In this document: positions 1-10,290 of the stretch, one piece after another
Position numbering within the stretch: position 1 is the first letter of the stretch
Layout: each line of letters starts with the position of its first letter
Assembly (NCBI GenBank): GCA_963677895.2
Contig: CAXXGJ010000006.1
Span: 128,001-192,000, forward strand
Direction: 5' to 3'
Origin: Treponemataceae bacterium
Lineage (GTDB): Bacteria > Spirochaetota > Spirochaetia > Treponematales > Rectinemataceae
DNA length: 64,000 bases
The notes under the pieces: model-generated
Told to the model about the DNA's origin: nothing
The model's database searches: none
The model's input: only the letters and a program-made list of their open reading frames with translations
Position numbers and translations under genes: made by a program

Positions 1-1945
1 CGTAGCACCATTTTTCGAAACCGCGCAGAAGCGGCATGGCCATGCGCCTGTTTTCGCTCGCGTGTTCCGTGGTGACGAAACGGCGCCCGCGCGCGAAAAC
101 GCTCGCGACGGCGCACCAGTGAAAGCTCGGTCCGAGATGGGAATGGACGATATCGGGGTCGAAATCGCGGATTTTCTTCATGATACTGAACACTCTTAGG
201 GGGGAAAAGGCCGGTTTGGCGCGCTTTCCGGCCTTAAGAACGGCAAAGTCCACCCTCACGCCACCCGCCTCGAGTTCCCGGGCGAAGACGCTGGCCCTTC
301 CATCCAGGGCGAGAACATTGCATTCGATGTCGCGCTCCTGGAGCCGGGGAAGGAGTTCGGCCAGAAGCTTTTCGGCGCCGCCGGCCGCCAGGGAGTTGAT
401 GACGTGGAGGACCCTGACTGGCTCGCCGGTCGCTACGTCGGACCTCCCGCTAGTCTCGCCGGGCGCCCCGCCGAACCGGCCGCGACCTCGCCTCCCCAGC
501 TTCGCTTTCAGGAAATCCAGAAGACGATACATGGCGCTGTCTTCCAGGGCGAGGAGAAAGGCGGCATAGACCAGGACGGCTAGGGTGATGGAAACGGCGA
601 GCCTCGCCAGACCCGGCCGCATGAAAAGGCGGGGAAGCGAGGCGAATCCCGCGCTTCCGACGGCGCCGGCCAGATACCGCAGCGCTGCCCGCAGATCCAC
701 CAGCGCCCTGAGATCCTTGCCTCCGCAGAGGAAGGCATGGACAAGGAGAACGGTGACCTCCCCGGCAAGCATCCCGACGGCCGCTCCCACATGACCATAG
801 GGACCGACGAGGAAGGCGAGGACTATGGCCGTGACGACGAGACCGGCACCGAAGGAGAAGAGCATCGCCTTTTCCCGCCGCTTCGGGACGAGAATCTGCA
901 TCTGCAGGAAATTGGAGACGGTCACCACGGGAATGATGAAAGCCGCTATCCTCAATGAGTCGGCAACGCCCAGGAACCTGGAGCCGGCGAAGACATAGCC
1001 CAGGTCGGCGGCCACGGCGCAGATCCCGAAGCCCGCGGGAAGGGAAAACATGAGGCTATACGAGGAGGAGTGGCCGATGAGCCTCCCGAATTCCTCGGGA
1101 TCGCTGTCGACGAGGGAGGAAAGTCTCGGCATGAGCACGGCGCTCAGCGTCGTGGCGAGAGCTATCACCATCCTCACGAGACGGATCGATATGGAATACA
1201 GGCCGGCGTCCCGGCCGCTCGAGAAAAGGCCGAGAAAGAGGAGATCGAGATTCGTGTAGGCGACGATGGCGAACTGGAAAAGCGAGAATACCGCCATGGA
1301 GGCGAAGTGCCGCGAAGGATGAGCCCCGGCGAAGAGGGGCGAAGCGATCTTCCGGGCAGCCCTCAGATTGATGAAGGCGTTCGTCACCGAGGCCAGGGAA
1401 AAAAGGAGAGCGTACACGATATAGTCTTCCTGCCGCCTGACGAAAAGGAAAAGCGAGACGACAAAGACGATTTTTATCGCCAGATTTCTCAACCCTATGA
1501 ACCTGAAACGCTCCATCCCCTGGAAGAACCACTCGATGTTCATGGCGGCCGAGGGAATCGTTATGCCGAAGACGAGGAAGAGAAGCAGTTCGGACCTGTA
1601 GGCCGGGACAAGAAGGACGATCAAGACATAGAACAGGGAGGATAAAATGGCCGCGTACAAGCCGAGCAGTATGAGTTCGCCGGAAGTCCGCCCGAGACCG
1701 AGCGGATCCGCTTTCGTCCTGGCGATGGCTCTCACGCCATAAACAGGTAAGCCCAGCAGGGCCGCCACGATGAAGTAGTTGCTGAGCGCGCCCGCGATGC
1801 CGAGCTGGCCCAGCTTTTCGGGACCCAGCACCCTCGCGATATAGGGATAAGTGAGGATGGGCACGAATACGTTGAGAAACCCCGACAGGCTGGCGAAGAG
1901 GAAGTTGCCGGGAACCGAGGGCGCGGCCGCCGTCCCTTCCCTCAT
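1..1945 (-). CDS. Wzx-type polysaccharide flippase fused in frame to a GT4-family glycosyltransferase N-terminal domain (runs off the window start)
   Basis: ATG at 1945 overlaps the upstream stop (ATGA). Manual translation gives MREGTAAAPSVPGNFLFASLSGFLNVFVPILTYPYIARVLGPEKLGQLG (Wzx-like), then a Gly/Arg-rich linker, then VRVLHVINSLAAGGAEKLL...DIVHSHL...TTEH (GT4-like) in the same frame. It is absent from the ORF track, consistent with no stop before the window edge. Confidence 0.8.
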   Translation of the reverse strand, partial: MREGTAAAPSVPGNFLFASLSGFLNVFVPILTYPYIARVLGPEKLGQLGIAGALSNYFIVAALLGLPVYGVRAIARTKADPLGLGRTSGELILLGLYAAILSSLFYVLIVLLVPAYRSELLLFLVFGITIPSAAMNIEWFFQGMERFRFIGLRNLAIKIVFVVSLFLFVRRQEDYIVYALLFSLASVTNAFINLRAARKIASPLFAGAHPSRHFASMAVFSLFQFAIVAYTNLDLLFLGLFSSGRDAGLYSISIRLVRMVIALATTLSAVLMPRLSSLVDSDPEEFGRLIGHSSSYSLMFSLPAGFGICAVAADLGYVFAGSRFLGVADSLRIAAFIIPVVTVSNFLQMQILVPKRREKAMLFSFGAGLVVTAIVLAFLVGPYGHVGAAVGMLAGEVTVLLVHAFLCGGKDLRALVDLRAALRYLAGAVGSAGFASLPRLFMRPGLARLAVSITLAVLVYAAFLLALEDSAMYRLLDFLKAKLGRRGRGRFGGAPGETSGRSDVATGEPVRVLHVINSLAAGGAEKLLAELLPRLQERDIECNVLALDGRASVFARELEAGGVRVDFAVLKAGKRAKPAFSPLRVFSIMKKIRDFDPDIVHSHLGPSFHWCAVASVFARGRRFVTTEHASENRRMAMPLLRGFEKWCY

Positions 1946-2793
1946 GACTGGCTCTCGGAGAGCGCGGCCGCGCGGCCGGCGATCCAGCCCTGCACCGCCC
2001 TCACCCTTTTTTCAACCGCCGAATACACGTCCACGAAAGCGTACACGGCCTTGGAGGGATTCCCCAGGCATATGCCGTTCACCAGAAGGCCTTCCTTCAC
2101 GGGCAGGAGGAGAAAGCGCATCTCGAGCTCCCTCTTTCCGAAGGCATTGAAAAGGGCTATGCCCAGGGGTTTTTCGTTGGTGAGCGACACGAGGAGGGCC
2201 TCGTTCCTGCGTTCCATCAGGAGCGAATACCAGGTGGAACCGAAGTTCACGTCCTTGATATGGATGGTCATCGTCATGGAATAAGGCATGGCGGTGAAGG
2301 ACAGGTTGGGCAGCTTCGTCCTCGAGCCCGGCTCGTAGACCCTGTAGACATCGTCGAAAAGCACGGTGATCTTCTTGCGCGTCTCGGAATAGTAGGTGAT
2401 GCCCGACATCGTCCCTATCTTCGACAGTTCATTGACGAGGGCGAGAAGTCCCTCTTCGCTCAATTTCTTCATAGGCACGAGAAAAAGGCTGCCGATGAGA
2501 AGTTCGGGATCCGCCCTGGTCGCGTATTCCTCCAGCTTCCTGGCTTCGGGCGCGTTCACGAGAAAGCGGAAATTCTTGTCGCTCTTCGCGTCCACGACGA
2601 TGCCTCCCCCTTTCAGCACCGCGTCCAGTTCGCTCTGGCTCAGGCCCGGAAGAAAGGCTTTTGTCGGGGAGGCCACGGCGTCGAGGGCGGCGCCCTTAGT
2701 GTCCGAAGCGTAGGAGGATCCCGCGCCGCTAAGCAGTACGAAGGCGGCGAGCAGCGGCGCCCATGGCCGGGAGAGGAATGTCTTAATACGCAC
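1942..2793 (-). CDS. Exported hypothetical protein (resembles spirochaete DUF6675-type proteins)
   Basis: 283 aa with a signal peptide and a GITYYSETRKK motif; overlaps both neighbours. Confidence 0.6.
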   Translation of the reverse strand: MRIKTFLSRPWAPLLAAFVLLSGAGSSYASDTKGAALDAVASPTKAFLPGLSQSELDAVLKGGGIVVDAKSDKNFRFLVNAPEARKLEEYATRADPELLIGSLFLVPMKKLSEEGLLALVNELSKIGTMSGITYYSETRKKITVLFDDVYRVYEPGSRTKLPNLSFTAMPYSMTMTIHIKDVNFGSTWYSLLMERRNEALLVSLTNEKPLGIALFNAFGKRELEMRFLLLPVKEGLLVNGICLGNPSKAVYAFVDVYSAVEKRVRAVQGWIAGRAAALSESQS

Positions 2794-4222
2794 CCTTGCC
2801 CTCGAATACCACCGCCACCGTCCTGAAGATGATGTAGAGATCGAGCCAGAAGGACCAGCTCTGGATGTAGGAGCTGTCCAGGGACACCCTTTCGGCGTAA
2901 TCGGTTTCCGAACGGCCCGATATCTGCCAGAGCCCGGACATACCCGGCTTCACGCTGGAAAAGAGTTCATAGTCGTCGCCGTACTTTTCCACTTCCGCCT
3001 CGATGATGGGGCGAGGTCCCACGAGGCTCATGTCTCCCTTGATCACGTTCCACAGCTGAGGAAGCTCGTCGAGACTCGTCTTCCTGAGGATGCGCCCCAA
3101 CCTCGTCACGCGCGGATCATTCTGCAGCTTGAAGCTCGCTTCCCATTCCGCCCTGGCTTCCGGGTCATTTTTGAGGATATCGGCGAGAAGTTTGTCGGCG
3201 TTTTGGTGCATGGTCCTGAACTTGAGGATGCGCATCGGCTTGCCGTAGCGCCCTAGGCGTTTGTGCGCGTAGAAGACGGGGCCTTTCGAGTCGAGGGCGA
3301 CGAAAAGAGCGATAAGGGCGAAGACGGGCAGGAGGAGGAGCCCGCCCGTCATCGCAAGGATCAAATCCGTCACTCTTTTCAGAAGGAGGTTGCTGGGCTT
3401 GAGGAGGTTCTGGTCGCTGTGTATCCCGAGTATTCCGCCTACGTCCCGCACCGACATCCACAGATTCGCGACACCGAAAAAGTCGGGGATGATGGTGATG
3501 TTTCTGAACTGTTTGGAGTGCTTCGCGAGGATGCCGGCGAGTCTGTCCCTCTCGACGCCGGGCATCGCCACGATGGCAGTATCGACGCCCATGGCTTCGC
3601 GGATCATTTCGGCGCTGTCCACTCCGTGATAGAGGGGAAGGTTCCGGTAATGAGGCCCGAGGGAGGGGTCGTCATCGAGGATAGCCATGGGTTTGAGGCC
3701 GATGGAGGGTCTGTCCAGGAGTCTGTCGGCTATCATTCTGCCGGTCCTGCCGCCGCCTATGATGACGACGGGGATGCCCCAGAAAGGCGTGTTGACGAAA
3801 AAGCGTCGTATGAGTCCCCTGACCGTCATGAAGGCCGGCAGGCTCGCGAAAAAGGAGAGGGCGAAGGCGATAGATATGGCCGGGTCGATCTTGTGCTGGA
3901 TGTTCAGGGCGATGAGGATTCCGGCATGGCCGAAAAATGAGGCTATGGCGAATCTCCTCAGCTCGTCGGCATGCGCGTAATTCACTCCCGGATAAAGCTT
4001 AAGGATATGGAGGACGAAGAGGAAAAAAGGCAGATAGGGCCAGTATGAGACGAAGGACTTGAAGTTGATGGCGGTCATGTTCACGGCATTGACGATGAAA
4101 AAGCCCACGCCGAAGCTCGCCAACACGGCGGCCAGGTCTCCGGCCGCGAAATGCAGGGACATCAGGAGCCGATGGGAATTGTAGCCATACCTTGGTGCTG
4201 TCTGCGCGATGTCAAAGGTCAT
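2783..4222 (-). CDS. wbaP: Undecaprenyl-phosphate glycosyl-1-phosphate transferase (WbaP/WcaJ type)
   Basis: N-terminal TM helices, GGGRTG Rossmann-like segment, KFRTM, DPRVT, SLDELPQL, GDMSLVGPRP, KPGMSGLWQ motifs. Confidence 0.9.
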   Translation of the reverse strand: MTFDIAQTAPRYGYNSHRLLMSLHFAAGDLAAVLASFGVGFFIVNAVNMTAINFKSFVSYWPYLPFFLFVLHILKLYPGVNYAHADELRRFAIASFFGHAGILIALNIQHKIDPAISIAFALSFFASLPAFMTVRGLIRRFFVNTPFWGIPVVIIGGGRTGRMIADRLLDRPSIGLKPMAILDDDPSLGPHYRNLPLYHGVDSAEMIREAMGVDTAIVAMPGVERDRLAGILAKHSKQFRNITIIPDFFGVANLWMSVRDVGGILGIHSDQNLLKPSNLLLKRVTDLILAMTGGLLLLPVFALIALFVALDSKGPVFYAHKRLGRYGKPMRILKFRTMHQNADKLLADILKNDPEARAEWEASFKLQNDPRVTRLGRILRKTSLDELPQLWNVIKGDMSLVGPRPIIEAEVEKYGDDYELFSSVKPGMSGLWQISGRSETDYAERVSLDSSYIQSWSFWLDLYIIFRTVAVVFEGKGAY

Positions 4223-4472
4223 GTATCACCCTTGCGGAAATATTTTGTTCTCTTCCAGAGAAACGCGGTTTCGCCCGAAACCGTCTCGAAAAGAGGATAC
4301 CGCGGTACCGAGGCAAAGGTTGCCGACTCAGGCTTTTTTTAAGAAAATATTTGCGAGTTGAAATTCCTTGCTTTTCGGGCGCGGGCTCCCTGAACGGCTT
4401 GGTTTTGACCGGGGGAGTTCTTTCACCTTCATGAAAGCTTCTATATAATGGTTTTCAGCTCAGGAGGCTTTC

Positions 4473-5201
4473 ATGTTCGCGCTCAACATCACGTCCAAAC
4501 GTTATGCGGAATTATCCGGCACAATCGACACCGTCATCATACCCACGGGCAGTTTCGAGGCCCACGGAATGCACTGCCCCCTCGGCACCGATATCCTGAT
4601 TCCGGAACGCATGTGCCGCGACCTCGAAGCTGCATCGGGCGGCGAGTTCTTCATAGCGCCGACGGTCAACTACGGCTATACGCCGACCCTCGCCGGTTTT
4701 CCCGGCACGGTCACCATTCCCGCCGAGACCCTCATTTCCCTTTACGCGGAAATCGGTTCCTGCTTCGTGCGTTGGGGAGCCAAGAATATCGTCTTCATGA
4801 ACGGACACGGCGGCAATATCCCCGCCCTCACCCTCGCCTGCGACAAGATAGCCAAGGCGGGCGGGACGGCGATGGCCATCAGCTGGTGGGCGACGTATTC
4901 GGCCGATATCTTGAAGATCTGCGATACCCAGGGCCACGCCGGCGAGGACGAGACCTCGGCCGTCCTGGCGATCGACGCTTCCCTCGTGGACGATGCTGCC
5001 AGAAGCGTTCATATGAGGAAGGTTTTCTGTACGCCCCTTTCAGGTCCCACGCAGACCGAGGCGCGCTACCCGAATGCCATGAGCGGCGATTCGACGACGG
5101 CCACGCGCGAAAAGGGCGAAAAGCTCTATGCCATGATGCTAGGGAAAAACCTGGACTTCATCGCGAGGCTCCGCGCGGGCGATTTCACCGACCCGATCTA
5201 A
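4473..5201 (+). CDS. Creatininase / creatinine amidohydrolase family protein
   Basis: GSFEAHGMHCPLGTD, NGHGGN, HAGEDETS motifs; GGAGG RBS. Confidence 0.9.
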   Translation: MFALNITSKRYAELSGTIDTVIIPTGSFEAHGMHCPLGTDILIPERMCRDLEAASGGEFFIAPTVNYGYTPTLAGFPGTVTIPAETLISLYAEIGSCFVRWGAKNIVFMNGHGGNIPALTLACDKIAKAGGTAMAISWWATYSADILKICDTQGHAGEDETSAVLAIDASLVDDAARSVHMRKVFCTPLSGPTQTEARYPNAMSGDSTTATREKGEKLYAMMLGKNLDFIARLRAGDFTDPI

Positions 5202-5203
5202 GT

Positions 5204-6253
5204 TCAGCCCACGGCTTGCGAGAAGACCCGCGCGAAGTTTTTCCATGCCACTTTCTCCACATCATCTTGCGACAGGCCTGAGGCCAGGAGGGCGTCGACG
5301 ATGGCTTGGGCATGGGAAGCGTCCTCGAGCCCCTCGACGAGAGGATATTCCTCCCGCGTGTAGAGGTATTCGCAGAAATGGAGGCCAAGGCCGACGTGGT
5401 CGATGCCGGCCGCGCCGATCATGCGCAGGAGGTGCTGGATGTAGCGCTCCAGGCTGTGGTGGGCGCGATCGCTCATCGGGGCGAGGGCGGCCGGGCTCGT
5501 CATGCAGCCAATAAGGCCGCCTTTGTCGGCGATGGCGCGCATCTCCTCGTCGGAGAGGTTGCGGCCGTTGTCGTAGACCGCTTTGGCCGAGGTATGGGAG
5601 AGCATGACGGGCTTCGAGGACGTCGCGAGGATGTCGCGTCTCGTCGCCCTTCCCGCGTGGGATGTGTCTATCAGTATGCCGAGTTCGTTCATGAGGGCGA
5701 CGGCTTCCCTGCCCTTCTCCGTCAGGCCGAGGGCCTGATCGAGGGGCAGCCCCCCGCGGAGGCCGAGAGCGCCGCCGCCGAAGGGGTTGTCGTCGTTGTG
5801 CGTGAGGATGGCGAGCCTCAAGCCCGCTTCATTATAGAGTCGCGTGATCCAGTCCAGGTCGCCACCCGTGGCGCTCAGGCCTTCGTAGCCGACGATGGCG
5901 GCGAAAGTCCCGCTCGAGAGGGCTCGCCCGATGTCGGCGGCGGTTTTGACCTGGAGCAGGTTCTTCCCGGCGGCCCGCAGTTCTTCGTTGACATAGGCTA
6001 TGAAATGTTCGAGATGGGCCGGTTCCGCGCTTTCACCCGCCATCCTGCAGTCGGTGAGGACGGCGCCGAATATTCCGCCCGAGCGGATGCGCGCGAGATG
6101 CCGCATCTCCAGCTCTGCATAATCGCCCAACGTCTCGCCAGTGTTCAACGCGTTGTGCGATTCCGTAGCGTTGCGCGTTTCATGTCGCCTGACGAGATCC
6201 ATGAAAACGTCGGCGTGCAAGTCGAATATCGGCACCATCCATCGCCCCCGCAA
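5204..6253 (-). CDS. Membrane dipeptidase family (peptidase M19); start may be ~6238
   Basis: FDLHAD, GYEG, GLTEKGR, IDTSH, SHT, RNLSDE, GIDHVGLG motifs. Confidence 0.85.
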   Translation of the reverse strand: MRGRWMVPIFDLHADVFMDLVRRHETRNATESHNALNTGETLGDYAELEMRHLARIRSGGIFGAVLTDCRMAGESAEPAHLEHFIAYVNEELRAAGKNLLQVKTAADIGRALSSGTFAAIVGYEGLSATGGDLDWITRLYNEAGLRLAILTHNDDNPFGGGALGLRGGLPLDQALGLTEKGREAVALMNELGILIDTSHAGRATRRDILATSSKPVMLSHTSAKAVYDNGRNLSDEEMRAIADKGGLIGCMTSPAALAPMSDRAHHSLERYIQHLLRMIGAAGIDHVGLGLHFCEYLYTREEYPLVEGLEDASHAQAIVDALLASGLSQDDVEKVAWKNFARVFSQAVG

Positions 6254-6260
6254 TGTCAGC

Positions 6261-7355
6261 TCAGCGGCTGTAGCTCATTATCTCGCGCTCGAAGGTTTCC
6301 CGGTTCAGCGACCTGAGGAAGGCCAGGGAGAATTCCTTGGCGGCGGCGTAGTCCCTGTAGTCCATGATGCTCGAGTTGGTATGGATGTAGCGCGAGGGAA
6401 CGCCCACGGTCATCGAGGGGCAGCCGGATCTCGCCATGTGGATTTCGCCCGAGTCGGTGCCGCCCAGGGCCATGAAGTACTGGAAGGGTATGTTCTTCTT
6501 TTCGGCGAGTCTGGTTCCGTACATGAAAAGGCCTCGGTGCGTGATGGCCGTCCTGTCGATGTAGCGCAGCAGGACCCCCTTGCCCTGCTGGCCCAGTTCC
6601 TCCGGGTCGCCCATGTTGTCGTTGGCGGCCGAGGATTCGAAGACGATGGAGACTTCGGGTTCGACGGTGAAGGCGGCCGTCCTGGCGCCGCGAAGGCCTG
6701 ACTCTTCCTGGACGGTGGCGCCGATGTAGAGGTCGACGTCGAGCTCCTCGTTGGCTACTTCCTCGAGGACGTCGAGGGCGAGGGCGCAGCCGAAACGGTT
6801 GTCCCAGGCTTTGGACAGGAGCTTCTTTCCGCCGAAGAGGGGAACGAAGGGGCCGTCCACGATAATCATGTCGCCGGGCCTGATTCCGGCGGCCAGCACG
6901 TCTTCGCGGGATTCGGCGCCGATATCGATGAGCATCTGGTCGATGGAGAGAAGGCGCTTGGAGCTGTCCTCGGGAAGAAGGTGGGGCGGTATCGAAGCCA
7001 CGGCGCCCTGGTAGCCCTGGCCGGTGATGCTCGAGTAGACCGTGACGCGTTGAGCCATGATCACGTGCTCCCAGGTCCTGCCTATCGGGAAGAACTTGAT
7101 GAGCCCTTTGGGCGTTATCTGTTTGACGATGAAGCCGACTTCGTCCATGTGGCCGTTCATCATGACGCGCGGGGCGTTCGGTTTCTTCGAACGTTTGACC
7201 GCGAAGACGGAACCCAGGCCGTCGAAGACGAGTTCGGAGGCGTATTTGGACAGTTCTTTCTTCATGTACTCGCGGACGCGCATTTCGTGGGCAGAGACTC
7301 CGGGAATCTGGGTCAGCGTCCTGAATCTTTCCATTTGTCGTTCGGTAGGTATCAT
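6261..7355 (-). CDS. M42 family aminopeptidase
   Basis: HMDEVGF, KAWDNRFG, VQEESGLRGA, GGTD, RYIHT; start set at MIPTERQ behind a GGAG RBS. Confidence 0.9.
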   Translation of the reverse strand: MIPTERQMERFRTLTQIPGVSAHEMRVREYMKKELSKYASELVFDGLGSVFAVKRSKKPNAPRVMMNGHMDEVGFIVKQITPKGLIKFFPIGRTWEHVIMAQRVTVYSSITGQGYQGAVASIPPHLLPEDSSKRLLSIDQMLIDIGAESREDVLAAGIRPGDMIIVDGPFVPLFGGKKLLSKAWDNRFGCALALDVLEEVANEELDVDLYIGATVQEESGLRGARTAAFTVEPEVSIVFESSAANDNMGDPEELGQQGKGVLLRYIDRTAITHRGLFMYGTRLAEKKNIPFQYFMALGGTDSGEIHMARSGCPSMTVGVPSRYIHTNSSIMDYRDYAAAKEFSLAFLRSLNRETFEREIMSYSR

Positions 7356-7369
7356 TCTATTCTCCTGAT

Positions 7370-8353
7370 TTAGACGAATTGTTCCGCGAGGCGGCAGGCG
7401 ACGAAGCGCCCTGGGGCCACTTCCCTCAAAGCGGGATCGGCGACGGAGCATTCGGGCTGGGCGTGAATGCATCGCGGCGCGAAGCGGCAGCCCGGCTTGG
7501 GGTTGATGGGAGAGCTTACTTCGCTCTTGAGGATGATTCTTTCCTTCCTCGCGTTCAGCTTGGGTACGGGGATGGCCGACAGGAGGGCCCTGCCGTAGGG
7601 ATGAATGGGTTTGGCGAAGAGTTCCTCGGTGGGGCCTTTTTCGACGATCTGGCCCATGTACATTATGACGATGTCGTCGGAGATGTGCTTGACGACGGAG
7701 AGGTCGTGGGTGATGAAAAGGTAGGTAAGCCCGAGTTTGTCCTGGAGGTCCATGAGGAGGTTCAGGATCTGCGCCTGGATCGACACGTCGAGGGCCGAAA
7801 CCGGTTCGTCGCAGACGATGAACTCCGGGTCCAGGGCCAGGGCGCGCGCTATGCCGATGCGCTGGCGGCGTCCTCCGTCCAGCTCGTGGGGGTACGAATC
7901 GTAGAGGCGATCGGCGAGCCCGACGGTGGCCATGAGTTTTCTCACCCTCTCCTCGTATTCCTGGTTGCCCGACACTTTCTTGTGGATTTTCAGGGGCTCG
8001 CCGATGATGGTGGCCACGGTGTGGCGCGGGTTGATCGAGGAATAGGGGTCCTGGAAGATCATCTGCATCCGCGTGCGCAGGGTTTTCATCTCGCGGTCGT
8101 TGGCCTTGGTCACTTCCGAGCCGTCGTAGACGATGGATCCGGCCGTGGCTTCGTGGAGGCGGACGAGGAGCCTGCCTGTCGTGGACTTGCCGCAGCCCGA
8201 TTCGCCCACCATGCCCAGGGTCTTGCCTTTCTGGATGTCGAAGGAAACGTCGTCGACGGCGTGGAGGCTGCCGTGGGCGGACTGGAAGTATTTTTTGAGG
8301 TTGTTAACCCTCAATATGGGCGCCACTGCTGTGGCGAGGGTTTTGGCGCTCAT
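7370..8353 (-). CDS. oppF: Oligopeptide ABC transporter ATP-binding protein (OppF/DppF-like)
   Basis: GESGCGKST, QMIFQDP, DEPVSALD, GCRFAPRC; start MSAKTL overlaps the oppD stop. Confidence 0.9.
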   Translation of the reverse strand: MSAKTLATAVAPILRVNNLKKYFQSAHGSLHAVDDVSFDIQKGKTLGMVGESGCGKSTTGRLLVRLHEATAGSIVYDGSEVTKANDREMKTLRTRMQMIFQDPYSSINPRHTVATIIGEPLKIHKKVSGNQEYEERVRKLMATVGLADRLYDSYPHELDGGRRQRIGIARALALDPEFIVCDEPVSALDVSIQAQILNLLMDLQDKLGLTYLFITHDLSVVKHISDDIVIMYMGQIVEKGPTEELFAKPIHPYGRALLSAIPVPKLNARKERIILKSEVSSPINPKPGCRFAPRCIHAQPECSVADPALREVAPGRFVACRLAEQFV

Positions 8354-9342
8354 GCCTGGCTCCTTGCGCCGGTTTCGGCGGTATATAGGTGGCACTTGAC
8401 GCGATGGCCGCCGAGATCGATGTCCACGGGGTGCTTTTTGGCGCAGATGTCCATCGCGTGGGGACAGCGCGGGTTGAAGAAGCAGCCTTCGGGCAGGGCG
8501 GTCGGGTCGGGCATCAGGCCGGGGATGGGCTTGAGCCTGTCGGTGATCTCGGAGAGGTCGGGCAGGGAACCGAAGAGTCCCTTGGTGTAGGGATGCAGGG
8601 GGCCGCCGAAAACCTGATCGATCGAGCCGTATTCGACGATTTCGCCCGCGTACATGGTCGCCACTTCGTCGCAATTCTCGGCCACGAGGCCGAGGGAGTG
8701 GGTGATGAAGAGCACCGAGGTGCCGTTGTCGCGGATGAGGGTGCGCATGAGGTCGAGGACCTGGGCCTGGATGGTGACGTCCAGGGCCGTCGTGGGTTCG
8801 TCGGCGAGGAGCAGTTTGGGGTTGCAGGCGAGGGCGAGGGCGATGACGACGCGCTGCTTCATGCCGCCCGAGAACTGGTGGGGGTATTCCTTGGCGCGGT
8901 CGGCCGGTATGCCCACCGTTTCCAGCATCTTTTCGGCTTTTTTCCAGCTTTCCTCGCCGCTCAGGCCTTCGTGCTTCATCACCGTCTCGGCGATCTGCTC
9001 GCCCACGGTGAGGACGGGGTTGAGGGCCGTCATGGGATCCTGGAAGATCATGGCCACGTCCTTGCCGCGCATGTCGCGCAGGTCTTGCTTGGACATGCCG
9101 AGGACATCCTTGCCGGAGAAGCTGATGGAGCCTTTCATGATCTTGCCCTGGGGAGAGCGGATCATGTTGAGGATGGAGAGGGCCAGGGTGGTCTTGCCGG
9201 CGCCGGTCTCGCCGACGAGGCCGAGCACTTTGCCCGCTTTGAGGTCGAGGGTGAGGCCGTTTATGGCCTTCGTCACTTTGCGATACGAGAAGTACTGGAC
9301 TTCCAGATCGCGTATTTCAAGTATTTTTTCCATGCGGTTCAC
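8350..9342 (-). CDS. oppD: Oligopeptide ABC transporter ATP-binding protein (OppD/DppD-like)
   Basis: GETGAGKT, FSGGMKQR, DEPTTALD, GCFFNPRC. Confidence 0.9.
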   Translation of the reverse strand: MNRMEKILEIRDLEVQYFSYRKVTKAINGLTLDLKAGKVLGLVGETGAGKTTLALSILNMIRSPQGKIMKGSISFSGKDVLGMSKQDLRDMRGKDVAMIFQDPMTALNPVLTVGEQIAETVMKHEGLSGEESWKKAEKMLETVGIPADRAKEYPHQFSGGMKQRVVIALALACNPKLLLADEPTTALDVTIQAQVLDLMRTLIRDNGTSVLFITHSLGLVAENCDEVATMYAGEIVEYGSIDQVFGGPLHPYTKGLFGSLPDLSEITDRLKPIPGLMPDPTALPEGCFFNPRCPHAMDICAKKHPVDIDLGGHRVKCHLYTAETGARSQA

Positions 9343-10290
9343 CTATCGTTTCAGTTTGGGGTCGAGGGCGTCGCGCAGCCCGTCGCCGATGAGGTTGTAG
9401 GCCAGTACGGTGAGCAGGATCGTGAGCCCGGGGGCGAAGAGGAGGTGCGGCGCGTACTGGATGAATTCCCTCGCCTCGGAGAGCATGTTTCCCCACTCTG
9501 GTTTCGGGGGGAGGATGCCCAGGCCGAGGAAGGAGAGGGAGGCCGCCCAGTTGATCGCCGATCCGACGTTCAGCGTGGACTGGACGATGATGGGCGAGGT
9601 TATGTTGGGCATGATGTGCTTGAGCACGATCCGCAAGTCGCCGGCGCCTATGCAGCGGGCCGCCTCGACGAATTCCTGGTCCTTCACCTGGATGATGGAG
9701 GCGCGCACGATTCGTATGTAGCCCGGTATCATCGAGGTGGAGATGGCGACGATGAGGTTGAAGAAGCTGTTCCCCAGGGCGGCGACGATGGCTATGGCCA
9801 GCAGTATCGTCGGTATGGAGAGGAGGATGTCGGTGGCGCGCATGATGAAGGTGTCGAAGAGGCCGCCCTTGTAGCCGGCTATCGCCCCGAGTATGCCGCC
9901 CACCATGAAGGAGATGGCCACGGTGGCGAAGCCGATGATCATGGAAACCCTGGCGCCGTGGACGAGGCGGCCGAGGATGTCCCTGCCGTAGTTGTCCGAT
10001 CCGAGGATGAAGGTGTGTTCTATGTCCTTTTCGTGGTAATAGACGACGCCGCTCTCGCCCGGTTTGAGGAGGGCGTTTTCCAGGGAGTTGGAGGTGACGA
10101 AATCGTATTCGTAGAGGAGGTCGGCGAATATCGCCACCAGGGCGAAGACGATCACGAGGGCCAGGCTCAGCACGGCGAGCTTGTTGCGCGCCAGCTGCCG
10201 CCAGAACTGGGAAAAGTTCCTGCCCGTCCGGCGCATGAAGCGCGCGAATTTGGAGGTGTTGGTAATGGTGTTGGTCATGGTCTCGCTCAT
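9343..10290 (-). CDS. oppC: Oligopeptide ABC transporter permease (OppC/DppC-like)
   Basis: LGSDNYGRD, EFVEAARCIGA, LSFLGLG, PEWG, GDGLRDALDPK. Confidence 0.9.
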   Translation of the reverse strand: MSETMTNTITNTSKFARFMRRTGRNFSQFWRQLARNKLAVLSLALVIVFALVAIFADLLYEYDFVTSNSLENALLKPGESGVVYYHEKDIEHTFILGSDNYGRDILGRLVHGARVSMIIGFATVAISFMVGGILGAIAGYKGGLFDTFIMRATDILLSIPTILLAIAIVAALGNSFFNLIVAISTSMIPGYIRIVRASIIQVKDQEFVEAARCIGAGDLRIVLKHIMPNITSPIIVQSTLNVGSAINWAASLSFLGLGILPPKPEWGNMLSEAREFIQYAPHLLFAPGLTILLTVLAYNLIGDGLRDALDPKLKR

